In this document: positions 30,311 to 40,521 of the stretch, in pieces
How positions within the stretch are numbered: the stretch's first letter is position 1
Layout of the letters: the number at the start of each line of letters is the position of its first letter
Virus record (IMG/VR): IMGVR_UViG_3300017593_000402
Span: 73,044 to 137,043 of that record
Source: a virus
Reading direction: 5' to 3' (one strand)
DNA length: 64,000 bases
The notes under the pieces: generated by a model
Databases searched by the model: none
The model's input: the letters and a program-made list of their open reading frames with translations, nothing else
Told to the model about the DNA's origin: nothing
Translations under genes and position numbers: made by a program

Positions 30311-32664
30311 AAACTCAAATTAGTTCCTATTTTTCCTTCTGTTTCTATGGGGTATTCGACTGTAATACCCCAATGTTTTTTTATGTACTCTTTAGTTCTG
30401 TTTTCAAAACAGTCCTTTAGTATTTCTTGGCATTTTTCTATTACATCTTCTCTAGCTCGATAGTAATAAGCATCGTGAATAAACAAGTTGGTAAGTTTTA
30501 CTTTAGTTCTCAATTTAGGTTGGCTGTTTATTTCCTTATAAAAAAGGCTAACTCCTAGACATGCTAGTTCACTGCTAAAATTTTGTACTGGAGTGTTAAT
30601 AGCTTGTCGTTCGGCCTTGCTTCTGAAGTAAATATTTTTGTCATTAATTCTAGGCAGATGTCTTTTCCTTCCAAGCACACAACGAATGTATCCACGCCTA
30701 GATGCAATAGCTACCATCTTTTTGTGATAAATAGGCAATCTCCAGTACCCGTTAGGAGCTGAGAAAAATTTTTCTCTGTATTCCACTGCTTCCTTTTCTG
30801 TAAGCACAATATCATAGTTTTTAAAAGCATAATCCACTAAAGTTTTTGCTTGCATTCCATACAACAATCCAAATACAACAGGCTTTGCTTTTTGTCTTTG
30901 CTCTTTGCTTACTTTGTTATAAGGAGTTCCTGTCAATATAGAAGCAGTGTATGTATGTATATCCAATCCTTTGCGTAGTGTTCCTAGTATGTTTTGGTCA
31001 TTGGCTAACCAGCCTGCGATTCTAACTTCACTTTGAGACAAATCTTGTGTTCCAATCAAGTAGCCATCTTCTGCGGTAATCAATTCAAGTATGTATTTGG
31101 CTAATTCTCCGTGAGTAGGAAATTGTTGCATAGGAGGGTCAAGCATAACTGTTCTACCAGTTACAGTTCCAGTTAGAAAAATTTTAGGATAAATATATCC
31201 GTTAGGTTTAAGGTTTTTCCTTATTAAAGGAATATAAGTCGAAAGAATTTTTTTAATCTTGTTGTATTTAATAAGATTAGCAACCCAGGGATGGTCTTTA
31301 AACCGCTTAAGATGATGTTTGTCTGTTGAAGGTTGGTTGGTTTTTTCTGTAAATGAAATAGGCTTCAATCCTAAGCCTTTTTTCGTAAACATATATTCAG
31401 CAATAACATTAGGGGTAAGTTTCTCAGCTCCTGGCGGTAAGAGTTTTTCTTCTAATGTATGTAACTCGTCATACAAAGCGTCTTCGTTTTCATCAAGTTT
31501 GTTTATGTTTATAGGCCAACCCGTTTGCGATATATCAGCAAAGGCTTTTTCTACAGGAACTATATAATAGCGATAATACCGCATTAACTTCTTATCTTTC
31601 TTTATATGCGTTGTTAAGTTTTTGTATATTTCTAACGTGGATTTAGCATCAATAGCTACGTATTTGATTAATCTTTTCTTTTCTATTTTGTCTAAGTTAG
31701 TTCTGTCATTGTTTACTATGTTTTTAATGTTATGAAAATTGGTATACACGTTAGCTAGGTGTTCCAAGTTATACGACTCCATATTTTCGTCCACAATGTG
31801 AGCCATATTCATTACATCATAAACAGGGCCTTTTACTTCACATTTTAAATTTACTTTGCATACCCATTCATCAAAAGGACGATTGTGTACTATTTTGATT
31901 ATTTTTGGACTGCTTAAAATTTCTCTGACTTTGGGTTTGAGAGTATTGTTTTTAATCTGGGAGGAATAAATCTTATCTGTTCCTGCTAAGGAAATGGCCA
32001 AAACTTTCCCGTTAGTGTGCATTACATTCAAATTTTCAGTTTCCAAATCAAAAGCTACTACATTGGACGTAGGCAGCTCAATGGAAGAATAGTCTATGTC
32101 TATTTCTGATAGTTTTCCGCTTTTAAAATATTCTACTGCTTCCTTCAAATCAGAATAAAAAAGCTTTTCAGCTTCCTTCATTTTAGAGACAGGGATATAA
32201 GGGTACCCTGTGTGGGCCTGGCGTAACACATATGAGGGATGGTATGTGGCAATGTAAGTATAAGGACCTAAAGTATGAAATGCACCTCTGAATTTACCTA
32301 TTTTCTTTTTGTTTAAATGTTGGAATAAAGCCCACTCCCCAAGTAAAACTATAAGGTTAGGTTGGAGCATTTCCAGGGCTTTCATTGCATATTCTTTACA
32401 GTGCTTCACAGCCTTTTCTATGTCTGTTCTAGAATCATCAGGGTATTTAGGGCATCTCATAGAATTTAGAATTGAATAGTCCTTTCGTTTTAATCCCAGC
32501 AGTGAAAACGTTTTCATTAATAATTGACCGCTTGGTCCGATAAAAGGCTTGCCTGCTTCTAGCTCTTCTTTGCCAGGGCATTCTCCTATTACAACAAGCT
32601 TGGGAGAATTTTTTTCATATTTAACTTTTGGCCTTCCTCTAAAAGGACAACCTTTGCAACTCAT
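30307..32664 (-). CDS. Family A DNA polymerase with N-terminal family-4-like uracil-DNA glycosylase domain and 3'-5' exonuclease
   Basis: CKGC..GECPG..E..GKPFIGPSG..TYHPSY (UDG); FDLET (ExoI); DLSQSEVR, RQKAKPVVFGLLYG and IHDA (Pol A motifs). Confidence 0.92.
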   Translation of the reverse strand: MSCKGCPFRGRPKVKYEKNSPKLVVIGECPGKEELEAGKPFIGPSGQLLMKTFSLLGLKRKDYSILNSMRCPKYPDDSRTDIEKAVKHCKEYAMKALEMLQPNLIVLLGEWALFQHLNKKKIGKFRGAFHTLGPYTYIATYHPSYVLRQAHTGYPYIPVSKMKEAEKLFYSDLKEAVEYFKSGKLSEIDIDYSSIELPTSNVVAFDLETENLNVMHTNGKVLAISLAGTDKIYSSQIKNNTLKPKVREILSSPKIIKIVHNRPFDEWVCKVNLKCEVKGPVYDVMNMAHIVDENMESYNLEHLANVYTNFHNIKNIVNNDRTNLDKIEKKRLIKYVAIDAKSTLEIYKNLTTHIKKDKKLMRYYRYYIVPVEKAFADISQTGWPININKLDENEDALYDELHTLEEKLLPPGAEKLTPNVIAEYMFTKKGLGLKPISFTEKTNQPSTDKHHLKRFKDHPWVANLIKYNKIKKILSTYIPLIRKNLKPNGYIYPKIFLTGTVTGRTVMLDPPMQQFPTHGELAKYILELITAEDGYLIGTQDLSQSEVRIAGWLANDQNILGTLRKGLDIHTYTASILTGTPYNKVSKEQRQKAKPVVFGLLYGMQAKTLVDYAFKNYDIVLTEKEAVEYREKFFSAPNGYWRLPIYHKKMVAIASRRGYIRCVLGRKRHLPRINDKNIYFRSKAERQAINTPVQNFSSELACLGVSLFYKEINSQPKLRTKVKLTNLFIHDAYYYRAREDVIEKCQEILKDCFENRTKEYIKKHWGITVEYPIETEGKIGTNLSF
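32503..32516. repeat. 14-bp palindrome TGAAAACGTTTTCA (in polymerase gene)
   Basis: Exact copy. Confidence 0.95.
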
Positions 32665-32906
32665 AATGTTTCACCATCCAAATAGGTTTGCATGTTGTGC
32701 ATTAAACGACTTAATAAGCCTAATAAAATAGTCACTCTGTCTTTTCCTGCAAAGAAAGTACCCACTAACGTATTTTTGTCTTCAGGATCGTCCCACTCGT
32801 ATGCTATACAAAAATTGCGTAGTCTCCCTTTTTCTAGTAATTCTAGCACTTCTGATAATACAGCGTGTGCTTGCCCATGCTCGACTAACTTGATTATTTC
32901 AGCCAT
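32661..32906 (-). CDS. Hypothetical protein
   Basis: Coupled to both neighbours; GAGG RBS. Confidence 0.7.
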   Translation of the reverse strand: MAEIIKLVEHGQAHAVLSEVLELLEKGRLRNFCIAYEWDDPEDKNTLVGTFFAGKDRVTILLGLLSRLMHNMQTYLDGETL

Positions 32907-33204
32907 TATTCCTCTCCTCTAAAATAGCTAGTAAATCTTTGATTCTCAATACAGCATAATCGTTTTCGTATCTTTTACCTTTAATATGTACGATTAATAA
33001 AGGAAGCTTATCTTTGGGCGTGTATTTTTCTGCCTGGGCAAACCAGCTTTCTATTACTGCTTTGGTTCTAGATTTACATTCGATAGCAAATTTTTCTGTT
33101 AATACGTCTACTTTACCTAATGTCCCAAGATTTAAGCCCTTAAAAAACTCAGCCACTTTTTTCTGATGTTCTTTTCCTCTTGCTCTGTTTCGTTTTGGGT
33201 TCAT
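32899..33204 (-). CDS. PD-(D/E)XK nuclease, Holliday-junction-resolvase-like
   Basis: RARGKEHQ...VDV..FAIECKSR; start chosen after GGAGG. Confidence 0.7.
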   Translation of the reverse strand: MNPKRNRARGKEHQKKVAEFFKGLNLGTLGKVDVLTEKFAIECKSRTKAVIESWFAQAEKYTPKDKLPLLIVHIKGKRYENDYAVLRIKDLLAILEERNNG

Positions 33205-33994
33205 TAAAACATTCCTCCCTAAACATACATTTTTTTGCATTAGGACTAAGTTTAGTCCTGCACGTCCTTTCGGGAATTTCTTTACTAACTATTTGCTTAA
33301 GAAGTTCAGGAATTCTGTGATGAAGATTATATTCTTTTTTGTCTACTAAATAGGGCTTAATAGCAATTTTTTTGAAATCCTTTTTGAAATAGATGATATA
33401 GGCTTTTTCATTGCTTACATGAAATAATTCAAAAGCTGGGTCTTTCTTTACAAATTTATTGTTATACATCCAAAGATAACCACATGTTTGAAATATATGG
33501 TCAAATAAAGGTTCTTCTAGCGAGTCAAAATCTTCTGGTCTGATACTCTTTATTTCAGCAATAAAAACTTGCTTTCCTACTCGTATTAAGGCGTCCACGC
33601 TTCCTGTCAATGTAAACCAACCTCTAGATAAATTTAGGTAATATTCTTCTAATTTCATATTTTTTCGATTGCACTTTAAAGACTTTCCATAAGACAAGTA
33701 ATGAGTTTCTCCGCACTGAAAACACTTCCACTTTGAAATTAAATAAGAACTATATTTCGCAAGAAGATTCTGTATGAGGATTCCATAAGTAAATGCCAGG
33801 ACCATTGGTTTAGGGTATGTTCGTTTGAATCTAAAATTTTTGCCAGTTTTTCTGGCAAACCACACTGCTCTAGGGCATATATTTACTAAATCACTTATGT
33901 GTAACCGCAATCCTGACCTGTGCTTAGCATCATTAGTAGAAAACAGATTGTACATATTCTTATATAAATCATCTTCCATTCTTGTTCCTAACAA
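33149..33994 (-). CDS. Cas4-like PD-(D/E)XK exonuclease
   Basis: ISDL..CPR, GSVDAL, EIKS, Q..GYL and C-terminal C..C..C cluster. Confidence 0.75.
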   Translation of the reverse strand: MLGTRMEDDLYKNMYNLFSTNDAKHRSGLRLHISDLVNICPRAVWFARKTGKNFRFKRTYPKPMVLAFTYGILIQNLLAKYSSYLISKWKCFQCGETHYLSYGKSLKCNRKNMKLEEYYLNLSRGWFTLTGSVDALIRVGKQVFIAEIKSIRPEDFDSLEEPLFDHIFQTCGYLWMYNNKFVKKDPAFELFHVSNEKAYIIYFKKDFKKIAIKPYLVDKKEYNLHHRIPELLKQIVSKEIPERTCRTKLSPNAKKCMFREECFNEPKTKQSKRKRTSEKSG

Positions 33995-34196
33995 TTATAG
34001 CCTCCTTAAATCTCTGCAAAGCTACTAACACGTCAATTAGCTTGCTATACTGTTTTTCGTTGTAAGATTCCAGTGTCAATAGAGTTTCTCTTATTTCGTC
34101 TATTTCTGATTTTAGTACAGCAGGAGTAATAGCCACGGCATTTTTATAGCCTTTTCTATTATAATAATTTCTTATGAGTATCTCTTTGAGGTTCAT
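33969..34196 (-). CDS. Hypothetical protein
   Basis: Operon-packed ORF. Confidence 0.6.
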   Translation of the reverse strand: MNLKEILIRNYYNRKGYKNAVAITPAVLKSEIDEIRETLLTLESYNEKQYSKLIDVLVALQRFKEAIIVRNKNGR

Positions 34197-34618
34197 ATTA
34201 TTTTGAATAACTTAAGCATATTTTCTGATAGGATTATCAAAGGACCTATTGTTTTTCGGTACAACCTGGTTTTCTTTTGCGCTCCAGATTCCCACACTCC
34301 TTTAATTTCTATTACATGCCCGTTTACCAAAAAATCTGGGATATATTGTTTTCCATGAGGCAACAAAAAACTGTAAGGTTCATATTTGAAATTTAAATCA
34401 TTTTCTTTGCAAAACCTGGCAAAAGATTCTTCCCAATTGCTTTTGTAGTCCCAACTTTTGGGCAAAGGCCTTCCTCCTGTAGGTGGATCAACTGGAATGC
34501 TCAGATAATCAATTAAGCAATCTCTAGAGCAAAAATAGTTTCCATCGTAACCTATTATTTTCAAGTCTCTTTTATCTGCTATAAATTTATCCTGGCAATG
34601 TAGGCATTTAACCAGCAT
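34193..34618 (-). CDS. T7 endonuclease I-like nuclease with N-terminal Cys motif
   Basis: YKSNWE..FKYEP..YIPDF..IEIKG. Confidence 0.75.
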   Translation of the reverse strand: MLVKCLHCQDKFIADKRDLKIIGYDGNYFCSRDCLIDYLSIPVDPPTGGRPLPKSWDYKSNWEESFARFCKENDLNFKYEPYSFLLPHGKQYIPDFLVNGHVIEIKGVWESGAQKKTRLYRKTIGPLIILSENMLKLFKII

Positions 34619-35612
34619 TGTATAGCTCCTTATGATATTGATTGATAATTGCTTTGACTACCATGTTCTTGAAGTCTTCGTCTTCTAATAGTTTCTTCAG
34701 TTCTTTCAGTGTGGTCCTGGTTTCACCTAGCAAAGAGAAAGATTTTTTATTCTTAGACAAAAGGTTATACCGCTTTGCATATTCAAGAATAGGTTTTTCG
34801 TCTTCTACTTTACCATTAATTAAATCTATAACAAATTCTCCACTCATTTTAGGTAATCCTAGTCTGTTCTTTTCAACGGTAAACGAATGAATACTGGAAC
34901 GAGGAAACCCGTCTACAGTTTTATAGCTTTTATGATACAGTTTTAAAGTAAGGCTGGTGAGATGGTCTATGATTTTGCCTCCTGGCATTCTAGTTTGTGA
35001 GGCAAACTTTTGTGCGCCTATATTAGCTCTGACTTGGTTTATAATTAATACAGTCAATAACCTATTGTTTTGTTTAGCTTGGCTCATTGCTACTAATAAT
35101 TTGTTAAATAATTGTCTTATTAATCTGGCAGAAGGGCCTACAAAATTGGACTCAGAGCTTGCTTCTACTTCATTTATACTGAATATCATTGCTACGCTAT
35201 CTATTACTATAAGACCAATATCATCTGCTTGTGCTAGTTCGTAGACGCTGTCTACTCCGTGTTCTCCGTAAAGAGGCTCAAATAAAATTAGTCTATCCAT
35301 ATTAGTTATAAATTTTTCAGCCCATGCTTTGTTAAATCCTTTTTCAAAATCTACGTAGACACATTTATACTCGGTTGCTTTAAAATAACTGTCGATAATC
35401 TTGTAAGAAAGAGTGCTTTTTCCTGAACTCTTAGGTCCCCAAAGCACTGTAAATTTGTTTAGTGGAATTCCACCTGTCAACAAATCGACTGTAAACACAC
35501 CTGTTCTCAGTTGAACAATATTAGAGGTGCTGGATGCTTTTTTGATAGTATCTGGAAACTTGGATTCTAGAGTTTGAATGATTTTGTCTGAGCTAATCAT
35601 TCTATTCCCCAC
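34608..35612 (-). CDS. RecA/UvsX-like recombinase
   Basis: TGVFTVDLLTGGIP, GPKSSGKST, VDFE, VIDSVA, INQVR, PGG, KNR. Confidence 0.9.
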   Translation of the reverse strand: MGNRMISSDKIIQTLESKFPDTIKKASSTSNIVQLRTGVFTVDLLTGGIPLNKFTVLWGPKSSGKSTLSYKIIDSYFKATEYKCVYVDFEKGFNKAWAEKFITNMDRLILFEPLYGEHGVDSVYELAQADDIGLIVIDSVAMIFSINEVEASSESNFVGPSARLIRQLFNKLLVAMSQAKQNNRLLTVLIINQVRANIGAQKFASQTRMPGGKIIDHLTSLTLKLYHKSYKTVDGFPRSSIHSFTVEKNRLGLPKMSGEFVIDLINGKVEDEKPILEYAKRYNLLSKNKKSFSLLGETRTTLKELKKLLEDEDFKNMVVKAIINQYHKELYNAG

Positions 35613-35878
35613 TCCTTCAATTTTTCGTCCATCTTAGTTTCTACGAATTTAGCAGCTTTTTTGTACATTTTATTGATATTTTTCTTAGTACAAGGAACAG
35701 TCAACCCTATTCTAAATTTCAGCATTTCCATGTTTCCTACGTTTATTGTCCTGCCAAATTCATAAGTAACATAAGCCATGTCTTCTGTAGCAGGAGTATC
35801 TGACGGAACTTGCTGAATATCATCGTTTTGTATTAACGTTGTCTGTACCGTTTTGTTTTTTGTAGATTTCTTTGACAT
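35597..35878 (-). CDS. Hypothetical protein
   Basis: GGAGG RBS; RTINVGNME motif common in phage replication modules. Confidence 0.7.
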   Translation of the reverse strand: MSKKSTKNKTVQTTLIQNDDIQQVPSDTPATEDMAYVTYEFGRTINVGNMEMLKFRIGLTVPCTKKNINKMYKKAAKFVETKMDEKLKEWGIE

Positions 35879-36182
35879 AATTTTCTACCTCCCTGGGCTT
35901 AAAATGTGGGTATTTTCTAAAGTGATAATAAGTTTGTTCCAATATGCTTCGGGGAACCCATCTTAATCTTATAAACTCTATACATAAGTCCGCCAGAAAT
36001 GTGAACATTCCATATGATCTCAATACCTTCTTACAAGGGCTTCCTTTGCTGCTCCAGATACGAGCTACAGGTCTTCCATTGTACTCGCCGTAAGAGTGCT
36101 TTATTCGCTTCGTCCTAAAAAACCACAAATTTATTAATCCATCATCTGCTCTTCTCAATAATTTGGAATCTACTGTAGGCAT
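35820..36182 (-). CDS. Hypothetical protein (start uncertain)
   Basis: Fills the gap between the helicase and the 35878 gene; overlaps both. Confidence 0.4.
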   Translation of the reverse strand: MPTVDSKLLRRADDGLINLWFFRTKRIKHSYGEYNGRPVARIWSSKGSPCKKVLRSYGMFTFLADLCIEFIRLRWVPRSILEQTYYHFRKYPHFKPREVENYVKEIYKKQNGTDNVNTKR

Positions 36183-37407
36183 CTCTCTTTTTCCTCTTCC
36201 AATAGTTATTAGCTTGTTTACAAAGTACATCAACAACGTCAAACACCATAACTGGTTTGTTTCCTGTGTACCTACTAAGTCTTCCAATAGCTTGTGTAAC
36301 ATTAGAACGAGGAGTAGCAAATATCACACAGTTTATTTCTGGAGCATCAAATCCTATTCCAGCAGCTTGATATGTTCCAAAAATAATATCCTCCTTACCA
36401 GTGTAAGTTTTTTTAGAGCCAGTTAACCAGGCAATGTTCTTGGTTTCAACCAGCCTGGCATACTGATCTAATAATGCCAAAGAGTCGGAAAGAATGAGTA
36501 CTTTATTTCTTCTTTTTACTGCTGTGTCTGCTAGTTTAGCTATTAGCCTATTTCGTCTTGGAACATCCAGTTTTTCATTATACTTACTTCTAATAAACTT
36601 GTTTCCTCTATAACATCCTCTTCCAGATGTTTTGGGGTCTGCATACTCAATTTTAATGACTTTAAAATCTTTTCTTTCTGCTTTGTAAGAAGCTAAAATC
36701 GGCCCAATATGCCATTTAAATATATAAGTTTTACCATCTGCACGAGTAGGAGTAGCAGACAGCCCTGTTCTTATTTTGGGATTAAACTTAGGAGCTGTCT
36801 CAGAAAACTTTTCCGCTCCCATAATATGGACTTCATCGTAAATAATATGCCCAAAAGTTTCTGGAGGAATAGAAGCATTAAGCAGAGTTTGGATCATAGC
36901 TACTGTAATAGGTCTGTAGTCTCTTACAGATTGTTGGATTAGCCCTGGTTCTTGCCCTGTAAATTTTCTTATAGCTTCTAACCATTGATTCCTGATAACT
37001 TCTGTATGTACAACTATCATGGTTTTGTAACCCAAAAGACAAGCCAGAGCTATTCCAACAACTGTTTTACCAGTGCCTGTCGGCATTTGAATAATTCCAC
37101 CATAAGGAAACCGTTTAAGGTTTCGCATGTACATATCTATGACTTTTTGTTGATAAGGACGCAACTTTCCAATAAAAGGGATATGTATCGTTTCCCATTT
37201 TCCTTTTACAGGAGGATATTTAGTTTGGTTTATATAGTAGCGAGGAACTCCGACTCTGCCGTATTTAAACCGCATCAGCGTGTAACTACCTTTGTTAGTT
37301 CCAAAGAAGTTAACACGCTGAACGGTTAACTTAGCTTTGTCTTCCTCCGTCAACTCTTCTTTTGGGATGTAAACCAGCTCTTTAACTAAATAGCTCTTCG
37401 AGGTCAT
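36142..37407 (-). CDS. Superfamily 2 (DExH) helicase
   Basis: LRPYQ, PTGTGKT, DEVH, SATP, QAIGRLSR. Confidence 0.9.
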   Translation of the reverse strand: MTSKSYLVKELVYIPKEELTEEDKAKLTVQRVNFFGTNKGSYTLMRFKYGRVGVPRYYINQTKYPPVKGKWETIHIPFIGKLRPYQQKVIDMYMRNLKRFPYGGIIQMPTGTGKTVVGIALACLLGYKTMIVVHTEVIRNQWLEAIRKFTGQEPGLIQQSVRDYRPITVAMIQTLLNASIPPETFGHIIYDEVHIMGAEKFSETAPKFNPKIRTGLSATPTRADGKTYIFKWHIGPILASYKAERKDFKVIKIEYADPKTSGRGCYRGNKFIRSKYNEKLDVPRRNRLIAKLADTAVKRRNKVLILSDSLALLDQYARLVETKNIAWLTGSKKTYTGKEDIIFGTYQAAGIGFDAPEINCVIFATPRSNVTQAIGRLSRYTGNKPVMVFDVVDVLCKQANNYWKRKKRDAYSRFQIIEKSR

Positions 37408-38134
37408 CGCCTTCCTCTTCTTCCTCAGATTCTGGCTCAACACCCTCTTCCTCCTCTTCTACGGTATTAAATATATCATCAATCTCTTCGCTTACATCTT
37501 CCTCTGATCCAACAATTGTCGTGTCAATACCTAGTGCTTCTAATTCTTCGTCCGTAGGAGGAGCAAGTACCGTTTCATAATCAAACGGTTTATTATCTTC
37601 AAATTTTCTCAAATCTATCTTGCCCAGAATTTCGAAATAATTACCGCAATTAGGGTCATTAGCTGTATACCGCTTAACCCTTGCTACTAAACCCCTAAGT
37701 TTTTTGTGTTTCTTTTTGACATCCTCCAAGAAGTTTATTGCAGAGCCCTTAAGTGGAAGAAGTACTTTTCTATTCTTTACTACCTTGCCGTCACTGGTAG
37801 TGAATTTTCTGCCGTCGATTATGCTGTAATAAGCAGTATAAGTAGGCCTGTACCCTTCCTTGCAAACAGAGCATGGCGCAAAATCGTCTGTACAGGTTAT
37901 GTAGTTACCCCACTTTCCTCCTATTTTTAGATTGTGTTCCTTGATATAAAAACCGTCGGAATCAAGAAAGACAATCTTTGCCTCTTCTCCTGGCTGTAGC
38001 CAAAAACGAGGAGCGTATTTTTCTTTCCTCTTTTCTGCTATCGCATCTAATTTCCTTTTTTCCTCAAAGCCTTCTCTGCCTTTTTTGAACCATGAAGAAT
38101 TTTTTCCTGACTTGCTTGTTCTCTTTTTAGCCAT
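37382..38134 (-). CDS. Single-stranded DNA-binding protein (gp32-like)
   Basis: H..C..C..C zinc-like motif and very acidic C-terminal tail. Confidence 0.75.
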   Translation of the reverse strand: MAKKRTSKSGKNSSWFKKGREGFEEKRKLDAIAEKRKEKYAPRFWLQPGEEAKIVFLDSDGFYIKEHNLKIGGKWGNYITCTDDFAPCSVCKEGYRPTYTAYYSIIDGRKFTTSDGKVVKNRKVLLPLKGSAINFLEDVKKKHKKLRGLVARVKRYTANDPNCGNYFEILGKIDLRKFEDNKPFDYETVLAPPTDEELEALGIDTTIVGSEEDVSEEIDDIFNTVEEEEEGVEPESEEEEEGDDLEELFS

Positions 38135-38136
38135 TT

Positions 38137-39087
38137 CTAAACCTCCTTGATAGTTGATAAAACTTTTTTAATTAGCTTTTTTTCGACTGCTTCTGCTGGG
38201 TCATTGCAGCCTTTGTAATTAGTAACCTCGTAGAACTTTATATAATCTTTTAGTTTTGTATAAACCCTTTCCTTTGCTTTCTCACCTCCTTTGTCGTTGT
38301 CAAAGAATAAAATCATTGTTTTGGCTTCACACTTTCGAAGCGTTTTTAGTTGAGCATTGCTTATTTCTGCCCCACCGCTAGCCCACACATTTGCTATTCC
38401 GTAGTCAAATAGAGCAAGCAAATTTCTCTCTCCTTCTACTAAGATTAAGGGCTTGGAAGGGTCAATAGAACGATGGTAACCAAACCACACTCCGAGACTG
38501 TGGGGCATCGTGCCTCCCAGCTCTTTATAAAATCTGTACTTCATATTTTCTTCAATGTATTTATCTTTGCCCAAGTATCGTCCTTTTAAGGCTACTACTC
38601 TGTTGTTATAGTACCGAATCGGTATTACAAGTCTTCTCTCGCTGGCATCATAGCGTAGTGAAAACACGTGAATTGTCCTCATGGAGAACATATTTCCTTT
38701 GTATAAGGGAAAAGGAATGACGTTGATATACTTTGGCTGGCGAGGCGAAATACCACAAAATAGTCTTGGAATAAATTCATAAGACGACAGCATTGCTTTT
38801 AACGTTGGGTCTTTTACACCAGTTATCTTCTTCCAAATTCTGGGTAAATCACGGATGTGCCCTTTAGTACCACAGGCAAAGCAATTGAACACGCCGTTGT
38901 TAGTGTTTATTCCAAAAGAAGGATGCTCATCCACTCCGTGTTCATGTGTCCACCTAGCAAAAGGGCAGGAAGCTCTTATCCAAACAGAGGGTTTGGATGT
39001 ATCGTATTTAATCTTCGTGCAACCCAGATACTTCAAGACTTCCAGGAATAAGTTCACGTTTGCTGGCACATTTCCCATAGTTTGCAA
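38137..39087 (-). CDS. DNA primase (Zn finger + TOPRIM)
   Basis: CPF..H..PSF..CFACG; LILVEG; FDNDKGG; NDPAE. Confidence 0.88.
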   Translation of the reverse strand: MQTMGNVPANVNLFLEVLKYLGCTKIKYDTSKPSVWIRASCPFARWTHEHGVDEHPSFGINTNNGVFNCFACGTKGHIRDLPRIWKKITGVKDPTLKAMLSSYEFIPRLFCGISPRQPKYINVIPFPLYKGNMFSMRTIHVFSLRYDASERRLVIPIRYYNNRVVALKGRYLGKDKYIEENMKYRFYKELGGTMPHSLGVWFGYHRSIDPSKPLILVEGERNLLALFDYGIANVWASGGAEISNAQLKTLRKCEAKTMILFFDNDKGGEKAKERVYTKLKDYIKFYEVTNYKGCNDPAEAVEKKLIKKVLSTIKEV

Positions 39088-39319
39088 TCTCCTTTCTTGT
39101 TGGCTCTATGTACCATTCTCGACAATAGTCCATGTACCTCTTCCAATCTTCTTCGGTAAAAAACTTGTCTGGCTCACCTACTAATGCAAATACAATAAGC
39201 GTTTCTAGGATGTACGGACTAACGTCCATAACCCTATCGCCTAAAACAAGAAGAAAAGCTTTCAGCATTCTACGCTGTTTTTTGTTTAGTTTGACTCTTA
39301 AGGTTTTCTTTATTTTCAT
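39008..39319 (-). CDS. Hypothetical protein
   Basis: Coupled to the DnaB stop codon. Confidence 0.55.
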   Translation of the reverse strand: MKIKKTLRVKLNKKQRRMLKAFLLVLGDRVMDVSPYILETLIVFALVGEPDKFFTEEDWKRYMDYCREWYIEPTRKEIANYGKCASKRELIPGSLEVSGLHED

Positions 39320-40521
39320 TCTAACGGTGACTCCGCTTCAACTTCTGAAAAATCCATTCGTTCCCAATCCCAGTGGATTTGGAAGATACAATTTACGCCT
39401 TCTCTGTTTGCTATAGTTTCGACTGTTTTTACATTTGCTCCTTCTTCGCCATATATGCTCATGGCTACGGAGCAAAGCTGTGACAAAGCGTCAGTTAAAT
39501 GTATGTGTTCAAGTCCACCAGACTTTTTCTCCTTTGGAGCTTCTCTGTTGAATTGGAACGAAACTACCAAAGGTATGTTAAAATTGAGTGCCATTAGTTT
39601 TAATTCTTGTGCGATTTCACTGGCAACCTCCCACTTTGCTTTATATTTGCTGTTAATTTTTATCAAATACCCTCCATCTATAAACACTAAATTAGGTTCG
39701 TGTTCATCTATTAACACAAATATGTCATCAATCGTGTGACGGAATTTTCCGTCAACATAGATTAGAGGAGGCGCATTGGTCTTTGATTCCTCAATAGCTT
39801 TTTCAGCAAAGGTTGAAATCTCACCTTTCTTTACAGCCTCAAATTTGAGCTTGTGCGCCATAGCAATAATTCTTTTTGCTTGTTGCATTAATCCCATTTC
39901 CATTGAGATTAACATAGCTTTATAACCAGCTTTGCTAGCTTGATAGGCCGAGTAGACCATTGACATGCTTTTGCCCTTCTTGGGCCTCGCTAAAATTAAA
40001 TTTAAGTCTCCAGGCTGATAGCCTTCTATAGCCTCATCGAGGCTTTTCCATCCAGTCGGAATTCCAAATGGTAGGCCAATCTTAGCCCTTCTTTCTCTTA
40101 CGTACCCCAAAAACACATCGACTAATTCGTCGAACATATAGACGCCATCATCCGTCTTTTTCATAGACCTGTATCGGTCTGTAATTTCTTTCATTATTCG
40201 TAAAGCACTATCCAGGTCGTGTTTGACCAACGCTCCTTCAATTTGTTTTGAGGCTTCTACTAAATCCTCCTTAAATTTCCTTTCGATACACCTTTCAAGT
40301 AGCAAGTCAATTGGTGTATCTGGTATAAGAAGAGCTTCCTCATCGAGCAGTTCTGCTAAAGTTGAAAGTCGAGGTAATTCGTTGTATTTGTCTACATATT
40401 TTTTGATTATATGGTAAGCTTCTCTCTCGTCTTCAATGAAAACGTTTTCACTCAGCTTTTTGAACAGCTTTATGTTGTCTTTCTCTACTATCGCTGTGAG
40501 CAGTTTTAAACCAACTGACAT
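39316..40521 (-). CDS. DnaB-like replicative helicase
   Basis: GIPTGW..LD, ARPKKGKS, SMEM, FIDG, QFNR. Confidence 0.9.
   Translation of the reverse strand: MSVGLKLLTAIVEKDNIKLFKKLSENVFIEDEREAYHIIKKYVDKYNELPRLSTLAELLDEEALLIPDTPIDLLLERCIERKFKEDLVEASKQIEGALVKHDLDSALRIMKEITDRYRSMKKTDDGVYMFDELVDVFLGYVRERRAKIGLPFGIPTGWKSLDEAIEGYQPGDLNLILARPKKGKSMSMVYSAYQASKAGYKAMLISMEMGLMQQAKRIIAMAHKLKFEAVKKGEISTFAEKAIEESKTNAPPLIYVDGKFRHTIDDIFVLIDEHEPNLVFIDGGYLIKINSKYKAKWEVASEIAQELKLMALNFNIPLVVSFQFNREAPKEKKSGGLEHIHLTDALSQLCSVAMSIYGEEGANVKTVETIANREGVNCIFQIHWDWERMDFSEVEAESPLE
40437..40450. repeat. 14-bp palindrome TGAAAACGTTTTCA (in DnaB gene)
   Basis: Exact copy. Confidence 0.95.
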
